DNA of 63,722 nucleotides, filler included, from It is 5 parts of 5 records of this genome, joined end to end, with 100 filler letters (N's around TTAATTAATTAA, not from the genome) between each part and the next. Parts side by side here need not be neighbours in the genome. Positions count along the whole stretch, not along the records: positions 30,841 to 47,545 come from DRR378314_2523; 4 more parts are not named here. One strand, 5' to 3'. Shown piece by piece: positions 32,776 to 42,060 of this stretch (position 1 is its first letter; each line of letters starts with the position of its first letter). The notes under the pieces were generated by a model. It saw only the letters and a program-made list of their open reading frames with translations, ran no database searches and was not told where the DNA came from. The position numbers and the translations under genes were made by a program.

Positions 32776-32882
32776 GATCTAATAGCATTTCGCGAAAAGC
32801 TTTAGTCACCCAAAGCTGCCTGAAGTCAGAGATTTCAACGCGCTGAGCGATGCTCTGTGTCTCAGGTTTTCGTCGAAATGTA

Positions 32883-33362
32883 TTAGTTGCTGTGATCGTG
32901 CTTCATCGCACCGTGATCTGCCTTGCGTTCATGATCCACTGGGATCAGAATCTCGACCTCGCCTGCCTTTTCAAATGTCAGGGTCACCGCAACTTCCTGA
33001 TCCTGCTCCAATGGTCCTGTCAGTCCCATAAACATGATATGATCACCACCACGTTTGAGCATGTGCATGCCGCCCGCCGGGACAACAATGCCGCCCTCGA
33101 TCTCGACCATTTGCATCACACCGTTGCCGGCGTCTTTGTGGGTATGCAGTTCCACCCGTTTGGCCACATCACTGGAAGCTGCGATCAATCGGTCGTCAGC
33201 ATCGCCGGCATTCTTCAGCATTAAAAATGCTGCGCCGGTTTTGGATGTCGGAGTAGAGCTGCGCGCATAGGCGTCTTCAATGGTGATATCACCCGCAAAA
33301 AGAGCCGTAGCGCTGAGGATAGAGGCGGCAATGCCAGCCGCGAAAACTGTCGAGAATTTCAT
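32883..33362 (-). CDS. Periplasmic copper chaperone PCu(A)C
   Basis: Signal peptide from ATG 33362 (AAGGA RBS), AYAR, DRLI, ELHTH...VMQM...GGDHIMFM copper motif, His-rich tail. Confidence 0.92.
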   Translation of the reverse strand: MKFSTVFAAGIAASILSATALFAGDITIEDAYARSSTPTSKTGAAFLMLKNAGDADDRLIAASSDVAKRVELHTHKDAGNGVMQMVEIEGGIVVPAGGMHMLKRGGDHIMFMGLTGPLEQDQEVAVTLTFEKAGEVEILIPVDHERKADHGAMKHDHSN

Positions 33363-33370
33363 CTGATTGT

Positions 33371-33414
33371 CCTTGATTATCTGAATTTGGAAGAGAAGTT
33401 CAGACACTCAAAGG
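33371..33414 (-). promoter_or_regulatory. mRNA hairpin pairing the last codons of the upstream leader ORF with the PCuAC Shine-Dalgarno
   Basis: Minus strand: CCTTTGAGTGTCTGAA - 13-nt loop - TTCAGATAATCAAGG. The 3' arm contains AAGG of the RBS. Confidence 0.65.
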
Positions 33415-33741
33415 GGGCGCGCGCACGGGGGGCCCAAGCCGCGCATCTGCGGCCAAGACCTGCATGGCAGCCAATGTCGGCAATTCAACGGGAACATAGC
33501 GCGTTGGCGCTTTGACAACCACGCGCAAGGGGGCAAATACGACCCCTGCTACACAATCAGGGCAGAGATGCGGGGCCGTTGTCGGCTCTCCCCCGGCATC
33601 GGTATAGACTGTCATCGTGCCGGAACCGGTACAGATCACCATCTGCCCTGTTGCAGCAGCAGCCCCACGTGCCGCCGCCATCGACTGGGACGTCAGGGCC
33701 AGCAGGAAGGCGAGCAGGAAAGAGAGGATCACACGAGTCAT
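33400..33741 (-). CDS. DUF2946-like leader protein (signal peptide, CxxC, C-terminal RAPP motif)
   Basis: MTRVILSFLLAFLLALTSQSMA signal, MVICT, HLCPDC, ends GPPVRAPPLSV. Directly upstream of a copper chaperone. Confidence 0.8.
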   Translation of the reverse strand: MTRVILSFLLAFLLALTSQSMAAARGAAAATGQMVICTGSGTMTVYTDAGGEPTTAPHLCPDCVAGVVFAPLRVVVKAPTRYVPVELPTLAAMQVLAADARLGPPVRAPPLSV

Positions 33742-33781
33742 ATGCCCGATTTACCCAATGGCCCGCAAAGATACGATAGAC

Positions 33782-33820
33782 AAAACGACGCAACCCCGGA
33801 CATCAAATGTCCGGGGTTGC
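33782..33820 (-). terminator. Rho-independent terminator after rpmB
   Basis: 14-bp stem GCAACCCCGGACAT/ATGTCCGGGGTTGC followed on the minus strand by GTCGTTTT. Confidence 0.8.
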
Positions 33821-33846
33821 AAATAACTTGGCATGTCAGGCGCAGC

Positions 33847-34146
33847 TTAGGTCAGCGCGTCTGCCTCTGCGGAGGACTTGCCGATCGCTTTCTTGATCTT
33901 CAACGCGTTGGCGGAAAGATCTGTGTCTTTTGCCTTGGCCAGGAACTTGTCCAGACCGCCACGGTGATCAACAGAACGCAGGGCATGTGCCGAGATACGC
34001 AGCTTGAACGAACGACCCAGTGCTTCGGACTGCAGGGTTGTCTGATTCAGGTTCGGCAAAAAGCGGCGACGCGTCTTGTTGTTCGCGTGGCTTACGTTGT
34101 TGCCCGTCATCGGGCCTTTTCCGGTCAATTCGCAAACGCGCGACAT
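33847..34146 (-). CDS. rpmB: 50S ribosomal protein bL28
   Basis: [29 protein letters not shown]. Confidence 0.97.
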   Translation of the reverse strand: MSRVCELTGKGPMTGNNVSHANNKTRRRFLPNLNQTTLQSEALGRSFKLRISAHALRSVDHRGGLDKFLAKAKDTDLSANALKIKKAIGKSSAEADALT

Positions 34147-34285
34147 GGGTTCATCCTTTTGTTTTAGTGGTGTGGCACCCTTTTTGGACGCAACACATAA
34201 AAGGGGCCGCGGGGCGACCCTGAAACTTGTTTCTGGGCTTTAGTGGGAATCGCCAGAGGGGTCAAGCCGTAGCGGGTCAGGATTC

Positions 34286-35998
34286 TTAAACGATCGCCAA
34301 ACTGTCATCATAGAAACGCCAGTCACCACCCGAACTTTCGAACAGGCTTTGCAGGACCTGCGTTGATCCGCTGGCGTTCTCTGGGCTGATCGCAATATCC
34401 GCCAGCGCCAATGCCCGCGTGATGGTCCCGTCATCCAGCAGATCCAGATAGAACTGACGCCCTGCCACATCACTTTCGCGGTCCAGAACGTTGAGATAGA
34501 TGCGCTCCAGAAATTCATCATTGCTCAGGGTATCCACATCCCCGAACTTTTCAGAAAATTCAGGGCTTCTCATCAGGTCGGCCGCAAGAAATTCGTCGCT
34601 CAACCCGTCGCGCGCTGTCACATCAATATAGAAATTCAGCCCCGGCAGATCAATCTGCCCATTGCGGTCCAATGCCGCCTCATACAGGAGTGCCACGCGT
34701 TCAGAGATATCGAAATCCTCTGGATCCCCCGCAGCATCAAGGGCAGAACCTTCACCCAAAGCAACAACTGCGTCGTCAAAGCGCAGGAATTCAATATTGA
34801 ACAGCTTGTCCTTGGCCCCGTCAGGCCCGGACACTACCGCATAGGTCTGCCCGCCCGTGACAGTATATTCGGTCGAAAGACCTGAAAAACGGGCGGTGTC
34901 GCCATCCACTGGGTCCCCGTAGGCTTCGTTTCCGAACAGCATGTCATTGCCCGTGCCGCCACGCAGCATATCCTGTAACGCCCCGCCCCGCAGAATGTCA
35001 TTACCGGAACCGCCGCTTAACGCATCTGGCCCATTGGCACCAAAGAATTCATCATCGCCCCCCAGACCGGTGAAATAATCCGCCTTGCTTGTACCGCTGC
35101 CGATGTCATTTTCGGCGTTGCTGCCGACCTGTTCGTAAATATCGGAAACATTGGCTTCATTCTGCGCAAGCCATGCATTCACATCACCGGCAGTATTCAG
35201 ATAATCCTGAAGCCCCAGATCTGCGTAGATATCGTTGTACATGTCATCATAGGCCTCCAGCGCGGCCTCATTCACGCGAGCGGCGAAACTTGCGTCCGAC
35301 TCGCGGTACGGCAGGAAAGGGAATGTATCCCGAAAGCCGCTGTCACGTTCGATGGTGAATGCGTCACGGTCTCCGGTCAGCGAACTTGAAACAACAACAT
35401 CAACGCTGCCCCCAAAGAAACTTTGATCGTATTCGGCCGAAATAGAAGAACCGATCCTCAGGGCCATTTCGCCGATGATATCGTTGCCCGGGTCGAAAAC
35501 GCTATGCAGAAATTCCGCGGCTTCCTTGACAGACAGATGCAGGCCGGTTCCGCCCAGCGGGCCATCCTGCACGGCATTGGCCACCATCATGCGCACCGCG
35601 ATGGCATAGTGCAGCGCGCCGAAAGCATATGATAAAGATTCCATCGGTGCGGCTTCATAGGTTACCCCGACCTGGGATTTGATGTCGTTCAGCGCACCCT
35701 GCGCCGACAGGATGGCATTATTCGCCAAAACACTCCGCGCGGTGGCGTCCTCGGTCGTCCGGTAAAGTGCGAGGTTGTCCAAGGCAGTATCGGCCTGCCC
35801 TAATGACTCGGCAATACTGACATTGATGACGATCCCCGGCAGGTTTTGCAGGTTCGACAGATCCGATTTCAACTGATTGAGATCCGCCTCTCGCGCATCA
35901 TCATCCTCGGATGAACCAAAAAACGAGTAAATGGACAAGACATCTGCAACCAGTCCAATTGCACCAATAGCGGCAACGGCAGCGACGGGTAGGGGCAT
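34286..35998 (-). CDS. RTX (Ca2+-binding nonapeptide) protein with DUF4214-like C-terminus and uncharacterised helical N-terminus
   Basis: GLGGDDEFF, GGSGNDILR and GGTGNDMLF repeats; C-terminal LYEAALDR..DLPGLNFY, SPEF, IYLNVLDRESD. No cleavable Sec signal evident. Confidence 0.75.
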   Translation of the reverse strand: MPLPVAAVAAIGAIGLVADVLSIYSFFGSSEDDDAREADLNQLKSDLSNLQNLPGIVINVSIAESLGQADTALDNLALYRTTEDATARSVLANNAILSAQGALNDIKSQVGVTYEAAPMESLSYAFGALHYAIAVRMMVANAVQDGPLGGTGLHLSVKEAAEFLHSVFDPGNDIIGEMALRIGSSISAEYDQSFFGGSVDVVVSSSLTGDRDAFTIERDSGFRDTFPFLPYRESDASFAARVNEAALEAYDDMYNDIYADLGLQDYLNTAGDVNAWLAQNEANVSDIYEQVGSNAENDIGSGTSKADYFTGLGGDDEFFGANGPDALSGGSGNDILRGGALQDMLRGGTGNDMLFGNEAYGDPVDGDTARFSGLSTEYTVTGGQTYAVVSGPDGAKDKLFNIEFLRFDDAVVALGEGSALDAAGDPEDFDISERVALLYEAALDRNGQIDLPGLNFYIDVTARDGLSDEFLAADLMRSPEFSEKFGDVDTLSNDEFLERIYLNVLDRESDVAGRQFYLDLLDDGTITRALALADIAISPENASGSTQVLQSLFESSGGDWRFYDDSLAIV

Positions 35999-36194
35999 AA
36001 AAATCTCCCAAAAATAAAAAAATCAGGTAGTTAAGGCAAGAAATGGTTAAAAAAGGTCCGACTTAATACCTAAAATGGTAGCTTCTTCCCTAAAGTCCGT
36101 CAATCTGCCGCCGGACCAGAAGGTAAACCCGCTTTGCCGTTCCGCCTGCCCATTCCCTCTTCCATCCCCCTTCCAGATTTGCGAAGTTCGCATC

Positions 36195-36887
36195 ATGAGC
36201 ATCCAGACACGCGCCCTTCTCGTCCATCTTTTCACAGCTACAGGCGCGGTTTTTGCCATGCTGGCCATGTTGGCAGCTGTTGATGGCAAATGGGACATGA
36301 TGTTCCTTTGGCTGGTGGTGGCCTTTTTCGTGGATGGTATCGATGGCCCGCTGGCTCGCAGATATGACGTCAAAACCAATGCGCCGCAATTTGACGGTGT
36401 GTTATTGGATCTGATCATCGACTATCTGACCTATGTATTCATCCCCGCCTTCGCCCTGTTCAAATCCGGCCTGATGGACGGGTGGAGTGGCTGGGTGATG
36501 ATCATTATCGTCACTTTTGCCTCGGCCATGTACTTTTGCGATACACGCATGAAAACAAAAGATAATTCATTCTGGGGCTTTCCGGGATGCTTTAACATGC
36601 TGGTGCTGGTGCTGTTTGCCCTCTCGCCACCTTGGTGGGTTTGTTTGATCATCGTGACGATCCTCTCCGTCACCATGTTTCTGCCGGTTAAATTTGTGCA
36701 CCCCGTGCGCACAGAACGCTGGCGCATCGTCACCCTGCCAATGGCGCTGGCTTGGGTGTTTTTCGCTGGCTGGGCCGCATGGGTCGATTTCCACCCTGAA
36801 AGCTGGGCGCATTTCGGGCTGGTCTTGACCTCGATCTACCTTTGCGTTGCGGGCGCGGTCCAACAGCTGACAGAGCCGAAAGACTAG
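36195..36887 (+). CDS. pcs: Phosphatidylcholine synthase (CDP-alcohol phosphatidyltransferase)
   Basis: VHLFTATGA, DGIDGPLAR, DGVLLDLIIDYLTYVFIPA, F.GFP, FVHPVR. Start ATG 36195. Confidence 0.85.
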   Translation: MSIQTRALLVHLFTATGAVFAMLAMLAAVDGKWDMMFLWLVVAFFVDGIDGPLARRYDVKTNAPQFDGVLLDLIIDYLTYVFIPAFALFKSGLMDGWSGWVMIIIVTFASAMYFCDTRMKTKDNSFWGFPGCFNMLVLVLFALSPPWWVCLIIVTILSVTMFLPVKFVHPVRTERWRIVTLPMALAWVFFAGWAAWVDFHPESWAHFGLVLTSIYLCVAGAVQQLTEPKD

Positions 36888-37339
36888 ATAAGCAACCCCG
36901 CCGCCCCTTCATGGCGCAGTAAGGCCACCTTGGTTTCCACCCCGCCACGTCCCGAAAACCCGGTCAGCCCCTTGGCCCCCATCACACGGTGGCAGGGGAT
37001 GATCACCGGAATCGGATTGCCGCCACAGGCCTGCCCAACCGATTGCGCGGGCACACCAAGTTCCTTGGCAATTTCGCCGTAGGTACGGGTATAGCCAAAG
37101 AGAATGTCCGCCATCACGCGGCAGACCTCTTGCTGAAACTGTGATCCACGCACGCGCAATGGCAAATCAAACACCTCCCGCGTTCCACTGGCATAGTCAG
37201 CAAGCTGTCTCGCCCCTTCATCCAACAGATCAGAGCGGTCAAGATGCGCCATCCGGGTCCATTCCAGTGCAGTAATGGCCCCCTCTTCCTCGACAAGGGT
37301 AAGGTCGCCAAAGGGCGTTTCTACAGTACGTTTCAACAT
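36884..37339 (-). CDS. ogt: Methylated-DNA-protein-cysteine methyltransferase
   Basis: TYGEIA, VGQACGGNP, IPCHRV active site. Confidence 0.92.
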   Translation of the reverse strand: MLKRTVETPFGDLTLVEEEGAITALEWTRMAHLDRSDLLDEGARQLADYASGTREVFDLPLRVRGSQFQQEVCRVMADILFGYTRTYGEIAKELGVPAQSVGQACGGNPIPVIIPCHRVMGAKGLTGFSGRGGVETKVALLRHEGAAGLLI

Positions 37340-37420
37340 AAAAAGACCCTGCACCTCTCAGCGCAGGGTCACAATCCGAAACTTGCGTATCCCGTTGGCG
37401 AGGTTCACCCCTCCATGGAT

Positions 37421-40333
37421 TTATGCAGACACCGCCGCATCACAGCGCCCGCAGACACCTGCATGGCTGTGGCTGCCCACATCTGGCAACACTTTCCAGC
37501 AGCGCGCACATTTGCCGCCTTCCGCCTTGGCAAAGACCACCGCGACCCCTTCAACCTCGGGCATCACAAAAGCGTCGGCGGGTGCCGCATCCCCACTGAT
37601 CGTCACATCAGAGGTAATGCTGACATCCTCAAAGGATACGCTTTCCAATGCCCCACGCTGATCCGCATCCGCCACATAAACGGTTGGGGCCGCTTCCAAT
37701 GACGCACCAATCACTTTGTTGACTCGCTGTACCTCAAGTGCGGCGGTCACAACCCGCCGCGCAGCACGGACCTTGGCCCATTTCGCCGCCAGCTCAGGGT
37801 TCAACCAATCACTGGGTGTTTCGGGAATATCCGTCAGATGGACAGAGCTGTCCTCACCCGGGAACCGCTCCAGCCAGACTTCCTCCATGGTAAACACCAG
37901 CACAGGGGCCAGCCAAGTTGTCAGGCGGTGGAACAGGATGTCCAGCACAGTGCGCGCCGCGCGCCGGCGTTCTGTATCGCCATCACAATACAGCGCATCC
38001 TTGCGAATATCGAAATAGAAGGCCGACAGATCAACGGTGGCAAAGGTAAACACCGCCTGAAACACACCCTGAAAGTCGAACTTGGCATAACCGTCGCGCA
38101 CAACCTTATCCAGCTCGGCCAAACGGTGCAGCACCAGCCGTTCCAGCTCCGGCATGTCTTTTGGATCAACCCGATCCGCCTCAGTGAAATCACTCAGCGA
38201 GCCCAGCATATACCGCATGGTATTGCGCAAGCGGCGATAGCTGTCCGCCACCCCTTTCAGGATCTCATCACCAATCCGCTGATCCTGCGTATAATCGGTC
38301 TGCGCCACCCAGAGCCGCAGGATATCCGCGCCATATTGCTGGATGATCTTCTCGGGCACGATGGTATTGCCGATGGATTTGGACATCTTCATGCCCTTCG
38401 CATCCAGCGTAAACCCATGCGTCACCACATTGCGGTAAGGCGCACGGCCGGTGGTGCCAACCGATTGCAACAGCGACGAATGGAACCAGCCGCGATGCTG
38501 GTCAGTGCCTTCCATATAGACATCCGCGATACCGTCCTCGGTGCCGTCCTCGCGGTCACGCAGGGTAAACGCATGGGTCGAACCGGAATCAAACCAGACA
38601 TCGAGAATATCCATGACCTGCTCGTATTCCGCCGGATCAACGATACCGCTCAGGAACCGCTCTTTCGCGCCCTCCTCATACCAGACATCCGCACCTTCGG
38701 CCTCAAATGCCTCGACGATACGGGCGTTCACTTCCGCATTGCGCAGCAGGAACCCTTCATCCGTCGGCAACACCCCTTTGCGCGTGAAACAGGTCAGCGG
38801 CACACCCCACGCACGCTGACGTGATAATACCCAATCGGGCCGCGCCTCCATCATCGCGTGCAGGCGGTTGCGCCCTGATTTCGGTGTCCAGTTCACATTG
38901 TCGATCTCGGTCAGCGCACGCGCGCGGATCGTGGTGCCGTGCATGTCCTGCCCGTCGCCCACCGTCTTATCAATCGCGGCAAACCATTGTGGTGTGTTGC
39001 GATAGATCACCGGTGCTTTGGAACGCCAGGAATGCGGATAGCTGTGTTTGATCTTGCCCCGTGCCAGCAGGCTACCGACCTCGACCAGCTTGTCGATCAC
39101 GGCCGCATTTGCATTGCCCTCTTTGCCGTTCGGCTTGAGGATCGCCTTGCCACCAAAGAACGGCAGATCATCGCGGTAACGCCCATCAGGGTTCACGTTA
39201 TAGGTGATCATCTGTTCCAGCATGCCCAGATCACGGTAAAGGTCATATTCCTCCAAACCGTGGCTTGGCGCACAATGGACAAACCCCGTGCCCTCGGTAT
39301 CTGTGACAAACTCAGCCGCGCGGAAGTCACGCAGGTCGTCCCACTCGCCATTGCTGCCTTCGGTGCCTGCCAAAGGATGCTTGAGCGACAGACCGGCCAA
39401 TTCATCCGCCGTCACATCGCGGACCCGTGTCCACATACCATCCTCAAGCCGCGCACGGCCCAACACATCCGCCGCCAAATTGTCCGCCAGCAGGAATTTA
39501 TCCCCAGCAGAAGCCCAACATTCCTCTGGCGTCGAAGTGACTTCATAAAGGCCATAGGAAATCCCGGCCCCGTAAACCACGGCCTTGTTTGACGGAATGG
39601 TCCAAGGTGTTGTTGTCCAGATGACAACCTGTGCGCCCTCAAGGTCCCCGCCACCAACAACATCAAACTTCACCCAGATCGTGAAACTCTCCTTGTCGTG
39701 ATACTCCACCTCAGCCTCGGCCAGCGCCGTCTGCTCTACCGGTGACCACATCACGGGCTTGGATCCCTGATACAAAGTCCCGTTCATCAGGAATTTCATG
39801 AACTCCTCGGCAATCACCCGCTCCGCATGGAAATCCATCGTCAGATACGGATCAGCCCAGTTGCCCTGCACGCCCAGCCGTTTGAATTCCTCGCGCTGCA
39901 CATCGACCCAGCCAGCGGCAAAGGCACGGCACTCCGCGCGGAATTCGTTGATCGGCACCTCGTCCTTGTCGCGGCCCTTCTTGCGGTATTGCTCTTCGAT
40001 CTTCCATTCAATCGGCAAACCATGGCAATCCCAACCCGGGATATAGCGCGCATCACGCCCCATCATCTGATGGCTGCGCACGATCATGTCCTTGATCGTC
40101 TTGTTCAGCGCATGACCAATGTGCAGATGCCCGTTGGCGTAAGGAGGCCCGTCATGAAGTGTAAAGGGCGCACGGTTCTGTTTCTCGCGCAGACGGTCAT
40201 AAACCCCGATCTTTTCCCAACGTGCCAGCCAATCTGGTTCGCGTTTCGGCAGCCCTGCCCGCATCGGAAAATCAGTCTTGGGCAGGTTCAGCGTGGATTT
40301 ATAGTCAAGGTTTTCAGGCGTATCGGCGCACAT
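37421..40333 (-). CDS. ileS: Isoleucyl-tRNA synthetase (type 1)
   Basis: HDGPPYANG.LHIGH, WTTTPWT, DW..SRQR.WG, KMSKS, C-terminal CARCW...CGRC zinc finger. Confidence 0.97.
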   Translation of the reverse strand: MCADTPENLDYKSTLNLPKTDFPMRAGLPKREPDWLARWEKIGVYDRLREKQNRAPFTLHDGPPYANGHLHIGHALNKTIKDMIVRSHQMMGRDARYIPGWDCHGLPIEWKIEEQYRKKGRDKDEVPINEFRAECRAFAAGWVDVQREEFKRLGVQGNWADPYLTMDFHAERVIAEEFMKFLMNGTLYQGSKPVMWSPVEQTALAEAEVEYHDKESFTIWVKFDVVGGGDLEGAQVVIWTTTPWTIPSNKAVVYGAGISYGLYEVTSTPEECWASAGDKFLLADNLAADVLGRARLEDGMWTRVRDVTADELAGLSLKHPLAGTEGSNGEWDDLRDFRAAEFVTDTEGTGFVHCAPSHGLEEYDLYRDLGMLEQMITYNVNPDGRYRDDLPFFGGKAILKPNGKEGNANAAVIDKLVEVGSLLARGKIKHSYPHSWRSKAPVIYRNTPQWFAAIDKTVGDGQDMHGTTIRARALTEIDNVNWTPKSGRNRLHAMMEARPDWVLSRQRAWGVPLTCFTRKGVLPTDEGFLLRNAEVNARIVEAFEAEGADVWYEEGAKERFLSGIVDPAEYEQVMDILDVWFDSGSTHAFTLRDREDGTEDGIADVYMEGTDQHRGWFHSSLLQSVGTTGRAPYRNVVTHGFTLDAKGMKMSKSIGNTIVPEKIIQQYGADILRLWVAQTDYTQDQRIGDEILKGVADSYRRLRNTMRYMLGSLSDFTEADRVDPKDMPELERLVLHRLAELDKVVRDGYAKFDFQGVFQAVFTFATVDLSAFYFDIRKDALYCDGDTERRRAARTVLDILFHRLTTWLAPVLVFTMEEVWLERFPGEDSSVHLTDIPETPSDWLNPELAAKWAKVRAARRVVTAALEVQRVNKVIGASLEAAPTVYVADADQRGALESVSFEDVSITSDVTISGDAAPADAFVMPEVEGVAVVFAKAEGGKCARCWKVLPDVGSHSHAGVCGRCDAAVSA

Positions 40334-40432
40334 GTCAGGCGTCCTTCGGATAATAGTGAAAAGGGTCAGGTCAAAACCTGAAATAAGGGCGATGCGATCA
40401 ACTCAAGCACCTTTACCCGGCGTCTCATCAAC

Positions 40433-40483
40433 TCAGAGCGCCGGGGATATAATTCGAATGTGGGTCAACAAATGCCAAGCCAT
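40433..40483 (-). CDS. Putative ileS leader peptide (16 aa, leaderless)
   Basis: MAWHLLTHIRIISPAL* with ATT-CGA-ATT-ATA just before a GC-rich hairpin. ATG is 6 nt downstream of a -10 box. Confidence 0.6.
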   Translation of the reverse strand: MAWHLLTHIRIISPAL

Positions 40484-40489
40484 GCGCCG

Positions 40490-40518
40490 CTTATACGCAG
40501 CCACCAACAGCCCGACAA
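40490..40518 (-). promoter_or_regulatory. Sigma70-type promoter of the ileS leader
   Basis: TTGTCG (40518-40513), 17-nt spacer, TATAAG (40495-40490). Confidence 0.7.
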
Positions 40519-40618
40519 GCCCTCCTCTTTTTGGCCGTAAATGCTGCGGGGAACCGGCCTTTGGCCGATGGGGCAGAGCCCCTCAAAAATAGAATGCAGG
40601 CTTGCCTGCACCTTTGGG

Positions 40619-41617
40619 TCACCCTTTGCTGAACAAACCGCTAAATGCGTTTTTCACGATGCCGCGCACCTTTGGTCGTTTACCTTCCCCGAATGGTAGA
40701 GGGCGGCAAACTTCCATCGCGGCCACGCCGACCCGCGCGGTCAGGGCACCATTCACCAGCCCTTCCCCAAAGCGGCGCGACAGCTTGCCCAGAATCGTCC
40801 CCCCCAACACCGGCTCCAGCAAATCATCCCCCACGGCCACCGCACCTGTTGCCACCATATGGCTCAACACCGCACGGGTCAGCCGCCAGGACCCAAAGAA
40901 GCCGGAGCGCCCGCCATAGACCTCGGCCACCCGCCGGATCATCCGCAGGTTCGCGGTCAATGCCGCCGCCACATCCGCCAGCGCCAAGGGCACCAGCGCC
41001 GTCACTGTCGCCACCTGCCGCGCTGCTGCCTCCACCTCGCGACTGGCCGCCTTGTCCAGCGGCACCAGCAGCTCCGCCTCCACCAAGGCAAGAAGCCCCT
41101 CTGCATCCATCTGATCGCCGCGCAACCCTGCCAGCCTGTCCCGCCCCCAACGTGTCTCCTCGCGCCCTTTATATAGGGTGACAAGCCTGTCTGTGACCTT
41201 GCGGGCCGCGGTCAAATCCACCTGTGCCAGCGCCTCTGCCGCATCGTGGCGCAGCCCATCCAGCCGCGACAACCGACCAAACGCGGCCATTTCGCGCACC
41301 CCCAGCAGCGTTAACACCAGAACAAAGGCCCCCAGCAACACCGACATCACCAGCCCCAACAGCGGATACCGCGCCATCAGATCGACAACAAATGTCCAGG
41401 CCGCAATCGATACCATGGCCCCGATCAGAATGGTGGCCAGCCACCAGAACAGACCCACCAGCAGCGAGGGTTTGCGCGCCGCCAGGCTGGCCGCCATCTG
41501 CATCGCCTGCCCCTGTGGAACGGCAGTCACCAGATCGGGCACAGGGGGGGCCACCGTCACTTGCGGGCGCGGGGCCGTATCTTCCTCAAGATCAAAAAGT
41601 ACCGGACCTTTTGCCAT
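40619..41617 (-). CDS. ycjF: YcjF family membrane protein
   Basis: Two TM helices, PLD..A, TALVPLALAD, AEVYGGR, S.RFGEG.VNGALTARVG, CRPLPF. Confidence 0.92.
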   Translation of the reverse strand: MAKGPVLFDLEEDTAPRPQVTVAPPVPDLVTAVPQGQAMQMAASLAARKPSLLVGLFWWLATILIGAMVSIAAWTFVVDLMARYPLLGLVMSVLLGAFVLVLTLLGVREMAAFGRLSRLDGLRHDAAEALAQVDLTAARKVTDRLVTLYKGREETRWGRDRLAGLRGDQMDAEGLLALVEAELLVPLDKAASREVEAAARQVATVTALVPLALADVAAALTANLRMIRRVAEVYGGRSGFFGSWRLTRAVLSHMVATGAVAVGDDLLEPVLGGTILGKLSRRFGEGLVNGALTARVGVAAMEVCRPLPFGEGKRPKVRGIVKNAFSGLFSKG

Positions 41618-42060
41618 TACAGGCTCCCTTTACGCCATTGAAACCGAATATCCGGCAGGCCTTCGTCAGTGCTGGCCCCATCCGTGCGCTCTTGTTCAAC
41701 AAAGCCGTGTTTCAAATAAAAATTCTGCGCCGCAAGATTTTCCTGAAACGTCCAGAGCTTCAGCACCGCCCGCTCTTTCTGCAGGTGATGCAGCAAGGCT
41801 GTGCCTACCCCCTGTCCGCGCTGTGAGCGCGCCACATAAAGCGCATCCAGATCTTCGCCATCGCAAGCCGCAAACCCGATAACATCACCCTCAACCTCTG
41901 CCACGGTCACCCAACCTCGGGTGATCAACTGACCGGCGTGTGCAATGTCTTCTGCCCCGGTGTGCAACTGCGGCATCCAGTCGGTTGTCGCCACAAATTC
42001 CGTCAGGATCGCGCCGACCTTGCCCGCATCTGTTGAACGTGCCGCTCGCAGCGCCGTCAC
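41617..42060 (-). CDS. GNAT family N-acetyltransferase
   Basis: LYV...RGQGVGTALL acetyl-CoA motif, LWTFQEN..AQNFY.KHGF. GTG start overlaps the ycjX stop. Confidence 0.88.
   Translation of the reverse strand: MTALRAARSTDAGKVGAILTEFVATTDWMPQLHTGAEDIAHAGQLITRGWVTVAEVEGDVIGFAACDGEDLDALYVARSQRGQGVGTALLHHLQKERAVLKLWTFQENLAAQNFYLKHGFVEQERTDGASTDEGLPDIRFQWRKGSL

Noticed and set aside
37838..38824. Long antisense ORFs in the GC-rich contigs (also 32027-32809, 47906-48757, 51718-52749)
   Set aside because: They lie opposite well-supported genes (ileS, cobB, dmdB, zwf) and are expected from codon bias at high GC.
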